A stretch of DNA of 64,000 nucleotides. Origin: Anaeromyxobacter sp. (GTDB lineage Bacteria > Myxococcota > Myxococcia > Myxococcales > Anaeromyxobacteraceae). The stretch is taken from NCBI GenBank assembly GCA_049840735.1, contig JASGJN010000007.1:160001-224000 (forward strand), read 5' to 3'. The translations under genes and the position numbers were made by a program. Of the stretch, positions 38,837 through 52,503 are shown piece after piece (position 1 is the first letter of the stretch; every line of letters starts with the position of its first letter). Below the pieces are notes generated by a model, which did no database searches, was not told the origin of the DNA, and saw nothing but the letters and a program-made list of their open reading frames with translations.

Positions 38837-40077
38837 GCCCGGGCCGCTGCCGTCCCGTCCCCGCGCAGCAGCGTCCCGTACGCCTCCGCCAGCGCCTCGC
38901 GCACTTGCGCCGGGCGGTAGCGCTCCAGCACCCGGCGGCGCGCGGCGCGCCCATGCGCCGCTGCCAGCGGTGGGTCCGCGAGGTAACGCTCCAGCGCGCC
39001 GGCCAGCGCGCCGGGATCGCGCGACGGCACCAGCGTGCCGGTCACCCCGTCCACCACCGCGTCCACGCAGCCGTCCACGCGGCTGGCCACGACCGGCAGG
39101 CCGGCCGCGGCCGCCTCCAGCGGCACGGTGGGGAAGCCCTCGCGGTAGGTGGGGACCGCCACCAGGTCCAGCCCGGCGTAGAACGCCGGTGTGTCGGACA
39201 CGTCCCCCAGCAGCCGCACGCGCGGATCCATGACCAGCCGCTCCAGCACCCCGGGCGCCACCGGATCGGAGTCGTCCGGCTCCCCGGCCAGGAAGAGCCA
39301 GGCCTCGGGCCGCCGCTCCCGCAGGATGGCCCAGGCGGCGGCCAGCTCGGCGAGCCCCTTGTCCTGCGCCAGCCGCCCCAGGAAGCCCACCGCCTTCGCC
39401 CCCTCCGGCAGCCCCAGCGCGGCGCGCGAGGCGGCCCGCGCCGCGGCCGACGCGGGCGCGAACCGCTCGCCGTCCACGCCGTTGATGCTCCCCTCGGCCA
39501 CCACCCGCACCTTCCCGGGCGCGCACAGCCGCTCGTCCACCAGCCGCTCCGCCACCGAGCGGCTCACCGGGAGGACGCAGGTGGCCAGCCGGCAGGCCAC
39601 GCGCTCGGCGGCGCGCAGCAGGCGCCGGCGGCGGCCGGTGGCGGTGGAGAGCGGCAGCCCGTGCACGTGGTAGACGCGCACCGGCACGCGCGCCAGCCAG
39701 GCCGCCAGCATGCCAATCAGGCCACCCTTGGGCGTGTGGGCGTCCACCACCGCCGGGCGCAGGCGGCGGAGCGTGCGCCAGGCCAGGAGCAGCGCGCGCA
39801 GATCGCGCAGCGGGGTGATGGCGCGCGCCATGGGGACGGGGTGGACAGGTACGCCCTCGCGCTGGCCGAAGCGCTCCAGCGCCGCGCCGGGCGCGGAGAG
39901 CGCGTGCACCTCGAGGCCGCAGCGCGCCCGCACCACCGCGGCGTGGCCGTCAAGGAAGCCGAGCGTCTCGCCGATGGTGCTGACGTGCACCAGGCGCCGA
40001 GGCGTCGGCGGCAGGGTGGGCGAGGGCGGGGTGGGCGAGGGCAGGGCGGCTCCGATCGCCCCGCAATGTAGCCACAC
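38788..40077 (-). CDS. GT4 glycosyltransferase (start uncertain)
   Basis: AHTPKGG, GSINGVD, FLGRLAQDKG, PTYREGFPTVPLEAAAAG. Confidence 0.85.
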   Translation of the reverse strand: MWLHCGAIGAALPSPTPPSPTLPPTPRRLVHVSTIGETLGFLDGHAAVVRARCGLEVHALSAPGAALERFGQREGVPVHPVPMARAITPLRDLRALLLAWRTLRRLRPAVVDAHTPKGGLIGMLAAWLARVPVRVYHVHGLPLSTATGRRRRLLRAAERVACRLATCVLPVSRSVAERLVDERLCAPGKVRVVAEGSINGVDGERFAPASAAARAASRAALGLPEGAKAVGFLGRLAQDKGLAELAAAWAILRERRPEAWLFLAGEPDDSDPVAPGVLERLVMDPRVRLLGDVSDTPAFYAGLDLVAVPTYREGFPTVPLEAAAAGLPVVASRVDGCVDAVVDGVTGTLVPSRDPGALAGALERYLADPPLAAAHGRAARRRVLERYRPAQVREALAEAYGTLLRGDGTAAARAQRPARREAGDSSPAR

Positions 40078-40229
40078 CCGCCAGGCGAGACAGTCGGGAG
40101 CACGCCGGTGAACAGGCAGGAGGGCGACACGGGGCGGGGAGCCGTGCGCATCGGGGTGCCCCCGTGTGATCAGGGGCTGCGGCCCGCCCGGCCGGTGGGC
40201 ATGGTGACAGCGCCGGCGGGGGGGGCGGA

Positions 40230-41027
40230 ATGGGCGAGGTGCGGGAGGCGCGGCCGGAGGACGCCGGGGGGATCGTGGAGGCGCTGCGGGCCGGGATGCC
40301 GGCCCGGGCGGTGCCGTACACCATCTTCGGCGGCAGCGGCATCGACCGGTTCGTGAGCGAGGCGGTGGGCGGCGCGCCCCGCGGCCTGGGCCGGTTCTGG
40401 GTCTGGGAGGCGGGCGGGCGCGTGGACGGCTTCGCCGAGCTGCGCCGGGAGGGCGAGCGCCTCTTCCTGAACCACGTCTACGTCCACCCCCGCGCGCAGG
40501 ATCGCGGCGCGGGGCGCGCGCTGCTCCGGGCCGCGCTGGCGGCGTCGGCCGCCGGGGCCGAGGAGCTGGAGCTGGAGGTCTTCTCCGGGAACGCGCGGGC
40601 CATCGGCTGGTACCGGACGCTGGGGCTCCAGCCGGTGGGAGCGGCCGGCTGGTGGCTGGTCCCCTGGCCTCCGGACCGGCCGCGGGTGGCCGGCTGGCGC
40701 GCCGTGGGGCTGGGGGAGGCGGCGGCGGCGCACGCGCGCTACGGCTTCTCGCGCTTCGCGCTGGAGGACGGCTCCGGACGCCGCTTCACGCTGGGCCGGC
40801 TGGGGGCGCGCGCGCTGCGTACGCTGGAGCCCGGGCTGGTGCAGGCGCCCGGGGCGCTGGCGGCGCTCGCGGCGCTGGGGCTGGCGGAGCGGCTGCTCTG
40901 CATCGCGCCCGGCCCGGCGCCCTCGTCCCAGGCGACGCTGCTGATCGAGGCGCTCCGCATGCGCGGACCGGCGGTGTACGCGCTGGCGCGCTGCAGCCCG
41001 GCAGCGGGCGAGCGCCCGGTCGCCTGA
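40230..41027 (+). CDS. GNAT acetyltransferase with a C-terminal extension
   Basis: VYVHPRAQDRGAGRALL (motif A) and NARAIGWYRTLG. Confidence 0.78.
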   Translation: MGEVREARPEDAGGIVEALRAGMPARAVPYTIFGGSGIDRFVSEAVGGAPRGLGRFWVWEAGGRVDGFAELRREGERLFLNHVYVHPRAQDRGAGRALLRAALAASAAGAEELELEVFSGNARAIGWYRTLGLQPVGAAGWWLVPWPPDRPRVAGWRAVGLGEAAAAHARYGFSRFALEDGSGRRFTLGRLGARALRTLEPGLVQAPGALAALAALGLAERLLCIAPGPAPSSQATLLIEALRMRGPAVYALARCSPAAGERPVA

Positions 41028-41134
41028 TCCGGCGCGGGCCGGCGCCCACACGCCGTCCCTATCTGCCCACCTCACCCGGAGTCTACCCTGCCGGGGAGCC
41101 CTGACCGCCCGACGTGCGGCCGGGCGCGCCCGGC

Positions 41135-43197
41135 ATGCACCTCCCTCGACGCGCGGCCAGGGTCGCCGCCGCCCTGCTGCTCGCCAGCTGCTCCGCTGCC
41201 CCCGAGGCGCCGGCCCCACCGCCGGCCATCCGGAGCGGCGGGCCCATCGAGGACGCGCCGCAGTACCTGGGCGTGCGGCTCTCCGGAAACCAGACGCCGG
41301 TGCGCGACACCGCGGTGAACCGCGCCCGCTGCGACTGGCCGGAGGACCTGCCGTTCCTGGGGGACGACGAGCTCTGCGTGCTGCTCACGCGCGACCTGGT
41401 GGAGCGGGTGCCGGATCAGGCGCGGCGCCGGTGGATGGTGGCGCGGGGGCTGCGTGAGCTGCGCCAGGCCGCGCTGGGCAACGGGCTGGAGGCGCCCGGG
41501 CGCCGGCTGGCGGTGGAGGTGATCCTCGACACGCTCAACGTGCCGGCCGGACGCGCGGACCGGCTCGAGGCCTGGCTCGAGGACCTGCTGGCCGCGGCGG
41601 TCCAGGAGCGGATCGCGCTGATCGTGAACGTGGACACGGTCAACTGGATGAACGCCCGGCCCGACGTGTGGACGGCGGCCGACGCGATCGAGACGCCGTT
41701 CGCCGGGACCGCGTTCGTCACCTGGCGGAACTGGGGGCGGCAGCTGCGGGTGGGGACGCCGGCGCCCAACCTGGCCTCGCCCCGCTTCCGCGGCGCGAAC
41801 GCCGAGGTGGTGCGCCGGCTGCTGCCGCACCTGGCCGCGTTCCGGGCGGCGCTGGCGCCGGAGGACCGCTGGCTCTACGGCGGCCTGGTCTTCGGCACCG
41901 AGATCAGCGTGGGGGTGAACCACTTCCACTACCGTGGCGGCGAGGCCTGGCTGGCCACCGACGACGAGGCCTGCGACCCCGGCCGCCCGCGCAAGGCCGG
42001 CTGCCCGGGCCCTCCGCCGGACGGCGGGCCCTGCGCCGGCTACAACGGCAACCAGTGCCCGGCCTGGTGCGACGGCCGCTCGCCCAGCATGGGCGTGGAT
42101 CAGCTGGGCTACGCCGCCGCGCGGCAGCTGGGGCTCTTGGGGCCGGACCAGGCCATGACCGCCGCGGCGCTGGACGGGGTGGTGGCGGACTACGTGGCCT
42201 TCCTGGCTGGCCTGGCGGCCGAGGCCGGGCTGCCCGAGCACAAGCTGGTGGCGCACGTGGGCGGGATCTGCGCGCCGGCGGGCGGGCCGCACCGCCTCGG
42301 CGTGGGGCGCTCCGGCAGCGTGGTCCCGGGGACCAGCCTCTACGACGGCTGGGCCCAGCGGCCCCGCCGCCTGCTCTGGACCGCGCTGGAGGCGGACGCG
42401 GCGGTCTCCCCGCTCCCCTGGACCAGCCCGGAGTGGCGCGCCTTCCGGGCGGACGGCGCCCGCCCGGCGCAGGACTGGCTGGACGCGCTCGAGGCCACCG
42501 CGGGCTACGGCAACAACCGGATGGTGATCATGGCCAACTGGGAGGAGGTGGCGCGGGATCCGGGCGCGCTGGCGGCGCTGCGCCGCGCGCTGACGGCGCC
42601 GGCGCCCAGCTTCTGCGCGCTCAGCCCCACGCTCGACCTGGGCCACGCCGTGGTGGCCGCGGAGGGCGGCGGCGCGGCCGGCGTGGCGCTCCGGCTCTCC
42701 ACCAACCCCGGCGCGCGCGCCACGGTCCGCATCTCCACGCGGCGCGCGGTGGACGGCCAGGGGCTCCTCTCCAGCCCGGACCTGGGCGAGTGGTCCGCCG
42801 AGCCGGGCCAGGCGCTGCTGGTGGCGGGCGCGTACCAGGGGCCGGCCTGGGTGCAGGTGGTGACCGAGGGCTGTGGCGGCGCGCGCCGGCTGGTCTCGCC
42901 GCTGGAGCCGCTCCAGGCGGTGGCCGGGGCCGGCCGGCCCGTGGCCGGGCCGTGGCTCTTCACCCGCAGCGAGGGCGGGCGGCGGACCTTCTCCTGGGCG
43001 CTGGGCTCGCCGGCGGGGGCGGTGCGCGCGCTCTGGCTGGAGCGGACGGCCGGGAGCGCCGGGGCCGAGGTGGTGCCGCTCGACCCGGCGCGCGAGACCT
43101 GGACCGCGCCGCCCGGCTGGAGCGGCGCGGTGCGGCTGGGCGTGGAGCTGGAGGAGGGCGGGGCGCGGACGCGCCGGCTGTCGGCGGACGCGCTCGA

Positions 43198-43201
<4 letters not shown>
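41135..43201 (+). CDS. Large hypothetical lipoprotein, possible glycoside hydrolase
   Basis: Lipobox LLASC; 688-aa ORF with host-like codon bias; Trp-rich; GTEISVG and WTSPEW motifs. Confidence 0.6.
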
Positions 43202-43585
<384 letters not shown>

Positions 43586-43601
43586 GGGAGGTACCCTCGG
43601 T

Positions 43602-43994
43602 TCACTTGTAGTCGGTGAGCTTGCGGCGGCCGGCCCCCAGCCTGGGCTCGACCTTGGCCTGGCAGGCCGGGCAGCGGGTGGCGTAGGGCATGAGCGCGAG
43701 GCGGCGGGGGTCCAGCTCCTCCTCGCAGTCCTCGCACAGGCCGAAGTCGTCCGGGGCGCTCGCCAGCTTGCCCAGCGCCCGGTCGATCCGGCCCAGCAGC
43801 TCCGCCTGCCCCTTGTTCCGCTGGCTGGCCAGCACCTGCAGCATCTCGGAGAGCGCCTGGGCGTCCTCGTCGGCGACGCCGGTGCTGACGGGATTGGTCC
43901 GGTTGGGCTCGATCTTGGCCGGGCCGGTGCGGGTGAGCTCGGTCCGGAGCTGCTGCAGGGCGCGCCGGGCCTGGGCGAGGTGCTTCTTGTCCAT
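43602..43994 (-). CDS. TraR/DksA C4-type zinc-finger protein
   Basis: DEDAQA coiled-coil tip and [11 protein letters not shown]...RCPACQ. Confidence 0.85.
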   Translation of the reverse strand: MDKKHLAQARRALQQLRTELTRTGPAKIEPNRTNPVSTGVADEDAQALSEMLQVLASQRNKGQAELLGRIDRALGKLASAPDDFGLCEDCEEELDPRRLALMPYATRCPACQAKVEPRLGAGRRKLTDYK

Positions 43995-44245
43995 GGCCCG
44001 GGAGGACTATCGGACCTCCCGCCGCCGCGCCAGAATCCCTGGGTTGGAACAAGGACGGACAGAACGGGTGTGACATGTGGGAGGGCGCGACATTGCGCCC
44101 ACTGGAGCGTCCGCCGGGATCGACTGAGGGCGGGGTGGGCAACTCGTCACGTTGCCAGTCCCTGCGGGGCCTGGCACCCTCCGGGGCCTCTGGCGGGCCA
44201 CTTCGCCCGCTGTACGCAGCGCCCTCACCGAGGAGTGGGACGGAC

Positions 44246-45238
44246 ATGGTCAGCTACAAGGAACTGGGGCTCGTCAACACCCGTGAGCTCTTCAAGAAGG
44301 CCGTCGCGGGCGGCTACGCCATCCCGGCGTACAACTTCAACAACCTCGAGCAGCTGCAGGCCATCATCCTGGCCTGCGTCGAGACCAAGTCGCCGGTCAT
44401 CCTCCAGGTGTCCTCCGGCGCCCGGAAGTACGCCAACAAGACGCTGCTCCGCTACATGGCGCAGGGCGCGGTCGCGTACGCGAAGGAGCTCGGGGTGGAG
44501 GTCCCCATCGTGCTCCACCTCGACCACGGCGACAGCTTCGAGCTCTGCAAGGACTGCATCGACAGCGGCTTCTCGTCGGTCATGATCGACGGCTCGCACC
44601 ACCCGTACGAGAAGAACGTCGAGGTCACCAAGCAGGTCGTGGACTACGCCCACAAGTACGACGTCACCGTCGAGGGCGAGCTGGGCGTGCTGGCGGGCGT
44701 CGAGGACGACGTGTCCTCCGAGCACTCGCACTACACCCAGCCCGGCGAGGTCGAGGACTTCGTCAAGAAGACCGGCGTGGACTCGCTGGCCATCTCCATC
44801 GGCACCTCGCACGGCGCCACCAAGTTCAAGCCCGAGCAGTGCACCCGCACCGCCGACGGCGTGCTGGTCCCGCCGGATCTCCGCTTCGACATCCTCGAGG
44901 AGATCGAGAAGCGCATCCCCGGCTTCCCCATCGTCCTCCACGGCGCCTCCTCGGTGCCGGTCGAGAAGGTGAAGCTCATCAACCAGTTCGGCGGCAAGCT
45001 GAAGGACGCGGTCGGCATCCCCGAGGACCAGCTCCGCCGCGCCGCCAAGTCGGCCGTCTGCAAGATCAACATCGACTCCGACGGCCGCCTGGCGATGACG
45101 GCGGCCATCCGCAAGACGTTCGCGGAGAGCCCGGGCGAGTTCGACCCCCGCAAGTACCTGGGGCCGGCTCGCGACGCGCTGAAGGAGATTTACAAGCAGA
45201 AGAACGAGAAGGTGCTGGGCTCGGCTGGGCGGGCGTAG
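44246..45238 (+). CDS. fba: Class II fructose-1,6-bisphosphate aldolase
   Basis: LHLDHG, SVMIDGS, VEGELG, IGTSHG, VLHGAS, KINIDSD; AGGAG RBS; strongly biased codons. Confidence 0.95.
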   Translation: MVSYKELGLVNTRELFKKAVAGGYAIPAYNFNNLEQLQAIILACVETKSPVILQVSSGARKYANKTLLRYMAQGAVAYAKELGVEVPIVLHLDHGDSFELCKDCIDSGFSSVMIDGSHHPYEKNVEVTKQVVDYAHKYDVTVEGELGVLAGVEDDVSSEHSHYTQPGEVEDFVKKTGVDSLAISIGTSHGATKFKPEQCTRTADGVLVPPDLRFDILEEIEKRIPGFPIVLHGASSVPVEKVKLINQFGGKLKDAVGIPEDQLRRAAKSAVCKINIDSDGRLAMTAAIRKTFAESPGEFDPRKYLGPARDALKEIYKQKNEKVLGSAGRA

Positions 45239-45263
45239 GCCTTCCGACTTCTGTTGAGTGACT

Positions 45264-45299
45264 GGGGCGCCCGGCCGCGAGGTCGGGCGCTCTGCTTTT
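45264..45299 (+). terminator. Rho-independent terminator after fba
   Basis: Stem ggggcgcccggcc / ggtcgggcgctct with a GCGA loop, followed by gctttt. Confidence 0.65.
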
Positions 45300-45402
45300 G
45301 AGGGGGAGTGGCGTGGCGGGGCGGGCGTTGGGCGCTGCCGGCGGGACAGGGCGCTGGGGTGGCCCCTGCCCCAGCGCCGCGGGCGGTGCCGTGCTGAGGG
45401 GC

Positions 45403-45477
45403 GGGGTGGGGGCTGGGGAGGGGGAGGGGGAGGGGGCTGGGGAGGGGGCTGGGGAGGGGGCTGGGGAGGGGGAGGGG
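45403..45477 (+). repeat. G-rich hexamer tandem repeat (GGGGCT/GGGGAG)n
   Basis: About 12 consecutive G4-5 runs in non-coding DNA. Confidence 0.8.
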
Positions 45478-45723
45478 CGGCGCGGGGCGCGGGGGTGGTT
45501 CCAGTGGGTGGTTCCAGTCGGTTCCAGTCAAGACATCGCTGACACTTTTCAGTCTTCTTGCAGCGAATCAGCTAGTGGCGGAGCGGGTGACCCTGTCACT
45601 GCTCTTTGCGTAGACGGTGGTGACGGTTCTCGATGACGGTCTGGGTCGCGAAGGCGTCGCGTACCGGGCAGGATTTCGACGGGCGCGGGGGCGCGGGGCC
45701 AGGTCATCCCTGTTGTGCGCTTC

Positions 45724-45865
45724 TGCTCCAGCGCGCGTGCGCCCTTGGGGTAACCGAGAGTCACTTACTCCAGCGCGTGCGCCCTTGGGGTCAACTGAAA
45801 GTCACTTACTCCGGCGCGTGCGCCCTTGGGGTCAACTGGGCGTCACTTGCTCCAGCGGTGTGCGC
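45724..45865 (+). repeat. 40-41 bp tandem direct-repeat array (3 full units and 1 partial)
   Basis: Core gcgcgtgcgcccttggggt is identical at 45733, 45773 and 45814. Linkers are aaccgagag, caactgaaag and caactgggcg, each followed by tcacttRctccRgcg. Confidence 0.9.
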
Positions 45866-45905
45866 TGTCGAGGGATTCGAGGCTGGGGTCAGGTCATTTC
45901 TATTT

Positions 45906-45955
45906 CGTTCGGGCTGAGCCCTTCGGCAGGATCAGGGCAGGCGGAGTCGAAGCCC
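45906..45955. repeat. REP-like palindromic element
   Basis: cgttcgggctgagc...cggagtcgaagccc shares its ends with the element at 59437-59484. Confidence 0.6.
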
Positions 45956-46226
45956 AGGCGCCGGAAGCGCGCCGGCGCGAACGCAAGTGGGGCGCTCCGA
46001 TTCTTCGCTTGACTGCCTTTTGGCGCGAATCGGATTCCGCGGAGCGGGGCTGCAGGGAATGGCTCTCCTGCAGCGCTTCGCGCGCGTGGCTCGGCTCGCA
46101 GGGAGGCGCGGGAGGGAGCGGAGATGGGCTCCCGCGATCTCGCCTCCTGCGCGGCGCCAGGGGCCTCGGCGGGCGCTTCGAAACCCAGGGTTACGATGGC
46201 GGCATCTGAACTGGAGGTGCGCGCCC

Positions 46227-47477
46227 ATGGCCGCTCGACTCGATGTGCTGGACGACAGCTCCCTCACCGCTCGCCTCAGGTCCCTCGCCGCGGATGAGCG
46301 GGGCATCAAGGTCGAGCTCCTCCTCGTGCTGGCGGAGGTGGAGCGGCGGAAGCTCTACCTGGAGCAGGGGTTCCCGTCCCTGTGGGCGTACTGCCGGGAG
46401 GTGCTCCACCTCTCCGAGGACGGCGCCTACCGCCGCATCACGGCCATGCGGCTGCTGTCCCGGTTCCCATCCCTCGAGGCGCCGCTGCGCGAGGGCAGGC
46501 TCTCGCTCTCCACGCTGGGGATGCTGCGCGATGTGCTGACCGAGGAGAACCTGGGGGAACTGGTCGGGAGCGCGGCCTTCAAGTCCAAGGCCGAGGTGGA
46601 GCGGCTGGTGGTCACCCTCAAGCCGCGCGAGGCGCCGAAGGACGGGGTGCGCCGACTCCCTTCTCCGCCCTCCGGCGCCCCTCAGCCTCGTCCGGTGGAT
46701 CCAACGGGTGTGACTGCACTGGTGACCGCGCCGGTCGAGGCGGCGCGGTCCCAGCATCAGGAACCGGCCGTCCCCACGGAGCCCGCCTTCGCCCTCTCGG
46801 CGCCCTCCCTCTCCCCCGGCCGCCCCGAGGTCCACCCGGTCAACGCGGAGCAGTGGTCGATGCGGGTCACGCTCGACGAGGCGGCGCACGCCGACCTCGA
46901 GACGCTCCGTGAACTCCTCTCCCACAAGGTCCCCGACGGAAACCTGGCCGATGTCCTCAAGGAGGCGCTTCGCTGCGCGGTCGAGAAGCACGCGAAGCGA
47001 AAGGGTGCGGTGGGGCTGACCAGGGCGCCTGCTCCTGCGGCTCCTGCGCCCGAGGTCTCGACGTCGTCGGCGGTCTCTGCGGCGGTTCCGGCTCCGGCTC
47101 CGGCTCCGACCTCCTCCACCGACCCGCTCCCGCTCTTCGCCACCCCCTACCGCTTCGACCCTCGCACCGTCACGGCCGACGTTCGCCGCGAGGTCTGGGC
47201 GCGCGATGGCGGCTGCTGCTCCTACGTCTCCCCGGACGGGCGCCGCTGCTGCAGCCGCTGGCAGCTGGAGCTGGACCACATCGACCCGGAGGCGAAGGGC
47301 GGGCCGCCCACCGCCGCCAATCTTCGGCTCCGCTGCCGCGGGCATAACCTCTGGGCTGCGGTGCAGGCTTACGGGCGCGAGAAGATGGAGGCCTTCGTGC
47401 CCTCCCTCACCCCCTCCCTCGCCTCTTCACCTGCTCCAGCGCGTGCGCCCTTGGGGTGCGACCTGCGGCGCGGGTGA
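46227..47477 (+). CDS. HNH endonuclease with a DUF222-like helical N-terminal region
   Basis: GGAGG RBS; LAEVERRKLYLEQGFPSLWAYC..LHLSEDGAYRRI; VRREVWARDGGCC...ELDHIDP..KGG....NLRLRCRGHN. Confidence 0.85.
   Translation: MAARLDVLDDSSLTARLRSLAADERGIKVELLLVLAEVERRKLYLEQGFPSLWAYCREVLHLSEDGAYRRITAMRLLSRFPSLEAPLREGRLSLSTLGMLRDVLTEENLGELVGSAAFKSKAEVERLVVTLKPREAPKDGVRRLPSPPSGAPQPRPVDPTGVTALVTAPVEAARSQHQEPAVPTEPAFALSAPSLSPGRPEVHPVNAEQWSMRVTLDEAAHADLETLRELLSHKVPDGNLADVLKEALRCAVEKHAKRKGAVGLTRAPAPAAPAPEVSTSSAVSAAVPAPAPAPTSSTDPLPLFATPYRFDPRTVTADVRREVWARDGGCCSYVSPDGRRCCSRWQLELDHIDPEAKGGPPTAANLRLRCRGHNLWAAVQAYGREKMEAFVPSLTPSLASSPAPARAPLGCDLRRG
47427..47457 (+). repeat. Isolated copy of the 45724-45865 repeat inside the 3' end of the HNH gene
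   Basis: tcacctgctccagcgcgtgcgcccttggggt matches array unit 45761-45791 at 29 of 31 positions. Confidence 0.9.
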
Positions 47478-47500
47478 GCGGGGCAGCGGCGATCCGCCCC

Positions 47501-48300
47501 TCACCGCTCCCGGTGGTAGAGCCGCAGCGCCACCGGCGCCACCACGGCCACGATCACCGCCGAGGCCACCAGCGACCACAGCACGTCGGCCGCGGCGGGC
47601 TGGCCGTGCATCAGCGCCCGCGAGGCGTTGGCGAGGTGGGTGACGGGGTTCTGCGCCACCAGCGCCTGGAGCCAGCCGGGCATGGTGCCGAGGCCGACGA
47701 AGATGTCGCTGGCGAAGGTGAGCGGCATCAGGAACACGAAGCTGGTGGTCATCACCGACTCCGGCGTCCGCACCAGCATCCCCACCACGATCCAGAGCCA
47801 GGAGAGCGCGAAGCTGAACACCAGCACCAGCGCCAGCGCCGCCAGCACGCCGGCCGCGCCGCCCTGCGGGCGGAAGCCAAGGATGAACCCGACCACCAGG
47901 ATCACGGCCGCGGCCACGGTGTAGCGGAACACGTCGCCCAGCAGCGCGCCCAGGAGCGGTGCGGGCTGCCACATGGGCAGCGAGCGGAAGCGGTCGTAGA
48001 GGCCCTTGCGGATGTCGCCGTTCAGCCCCATGCCCGTGTAGACGGTGATGAAGATCACGGTCTGCACCAGCACGCCGGGCACCAGGTACTGCACGTACTG
48101 CTGCGGCGAGCCGGCCAGCGCCCCGCCGAAGATGAACGTGAAGAGCAGGGTGAACATGATAGGCGTGACGGTCACGTCGAAGAGCTGGAAGGGGACGTGC
48201 TTGATCTTGAGCATCGCCCGCCAGGCCAGCGTGGTGACGGCCGAGAGCGCCGAGGGCGGCCGCGGGCGGGAGCGGATGGTGAGGGCCTCGTGCGCGGCGT

Positions 48301-48304
<4 letters not shown>
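47501..48304 (-). CDS. ABC-2 transporter permease (DrrB-like)
   Basis: [32 protein letters not shown]. Confidence 0.9.
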
Positions 48305-49263
<959 letters not shown>

Positions 49264-49436
49264 GGACGGCCTGTTCTGCCTCCGCTGGCGCCGCGCGTCG
49301 AGCGAATCGACTGCGGAGGGCCTGGCCGCCCCCGGCCGGGGAGGCATCGGACGTGGACCCGCACGGCAAAACGAGGAGCGCGGACCGCCTCACGGCGATC
49401 CGCGCCCGGATGCTGCTCAGCTGCTCGAAGAGGAGG

Positions 49437-51974
<2,538 letters not shown>

Positions 51975-52503
51975 TGCGAGCTCCTAGTGACCGACAGCGA
52001 GGCGGGTGTTTACGGCGCGACGGTTGGTGGCGCCCAGGGGCGCCGGCGCGCGGCCGGGGAGGCACGGCCACGGTGGCGGGACGAGATCCGCCGGGGTGTT
52101 GCTCACGTGCTGGGGTTGCGAATGCACGCGGAGGCCTCCGAATGCTTTCGGCACAGTACGCCTGCCCGCTGAAATGGCAGCGCAGCCGATTGTCGCTGCG
52201 CGTTGGCGCGCGGTGCGCGGCGCAGTGCGCAGGAGTTCACCCACAGCGTCACCGCCGCCGGCGCGGGAGGCCGGGCGACGCACTGACAGTGTCTTCACTG
52301 GAGGCGCAGCGACCGGCTGTCGCAGGCGGCCGCGCGCTGCGGCGCCGCGGCGCGGGGCGGCCGGTCGCCTGGCCTGAGGGAAGGGTGGGAGCGAGCCGCT
52401 GGCGTGGGCGGCCGCCGGCCGGCGCCTACACGGCCGGCCGGTTGCGCCCGCCCGGCCGCGGCAGGAGCGCGCAGCGCACGCGGGGTGACGGGCGAGGCCC
52501 GGG

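Noticed and set aside
45724..45865. CRISPR or TIGR array
   Set aside because: The variable parts are only 9-10 nt and resemble each other (aaccgagag, caactgaaag, caactgggcg). No cas gene or recognisable Nop-domain gene is present, and I saw no dual-spacer box C/D layout.
46227..47477. IscB/Cas9-like RNA-guided nuclease
   Set aside because: No PLMP or split RuvC motifs were seen; there is only a C-terminal HNH domain.
51975..52500. Riboswitch or ncRNA upstream of hppA
   Set aside because: The intergenic region is long and AT-richer, but I recognised no motif. An Rfam scan would be needed.
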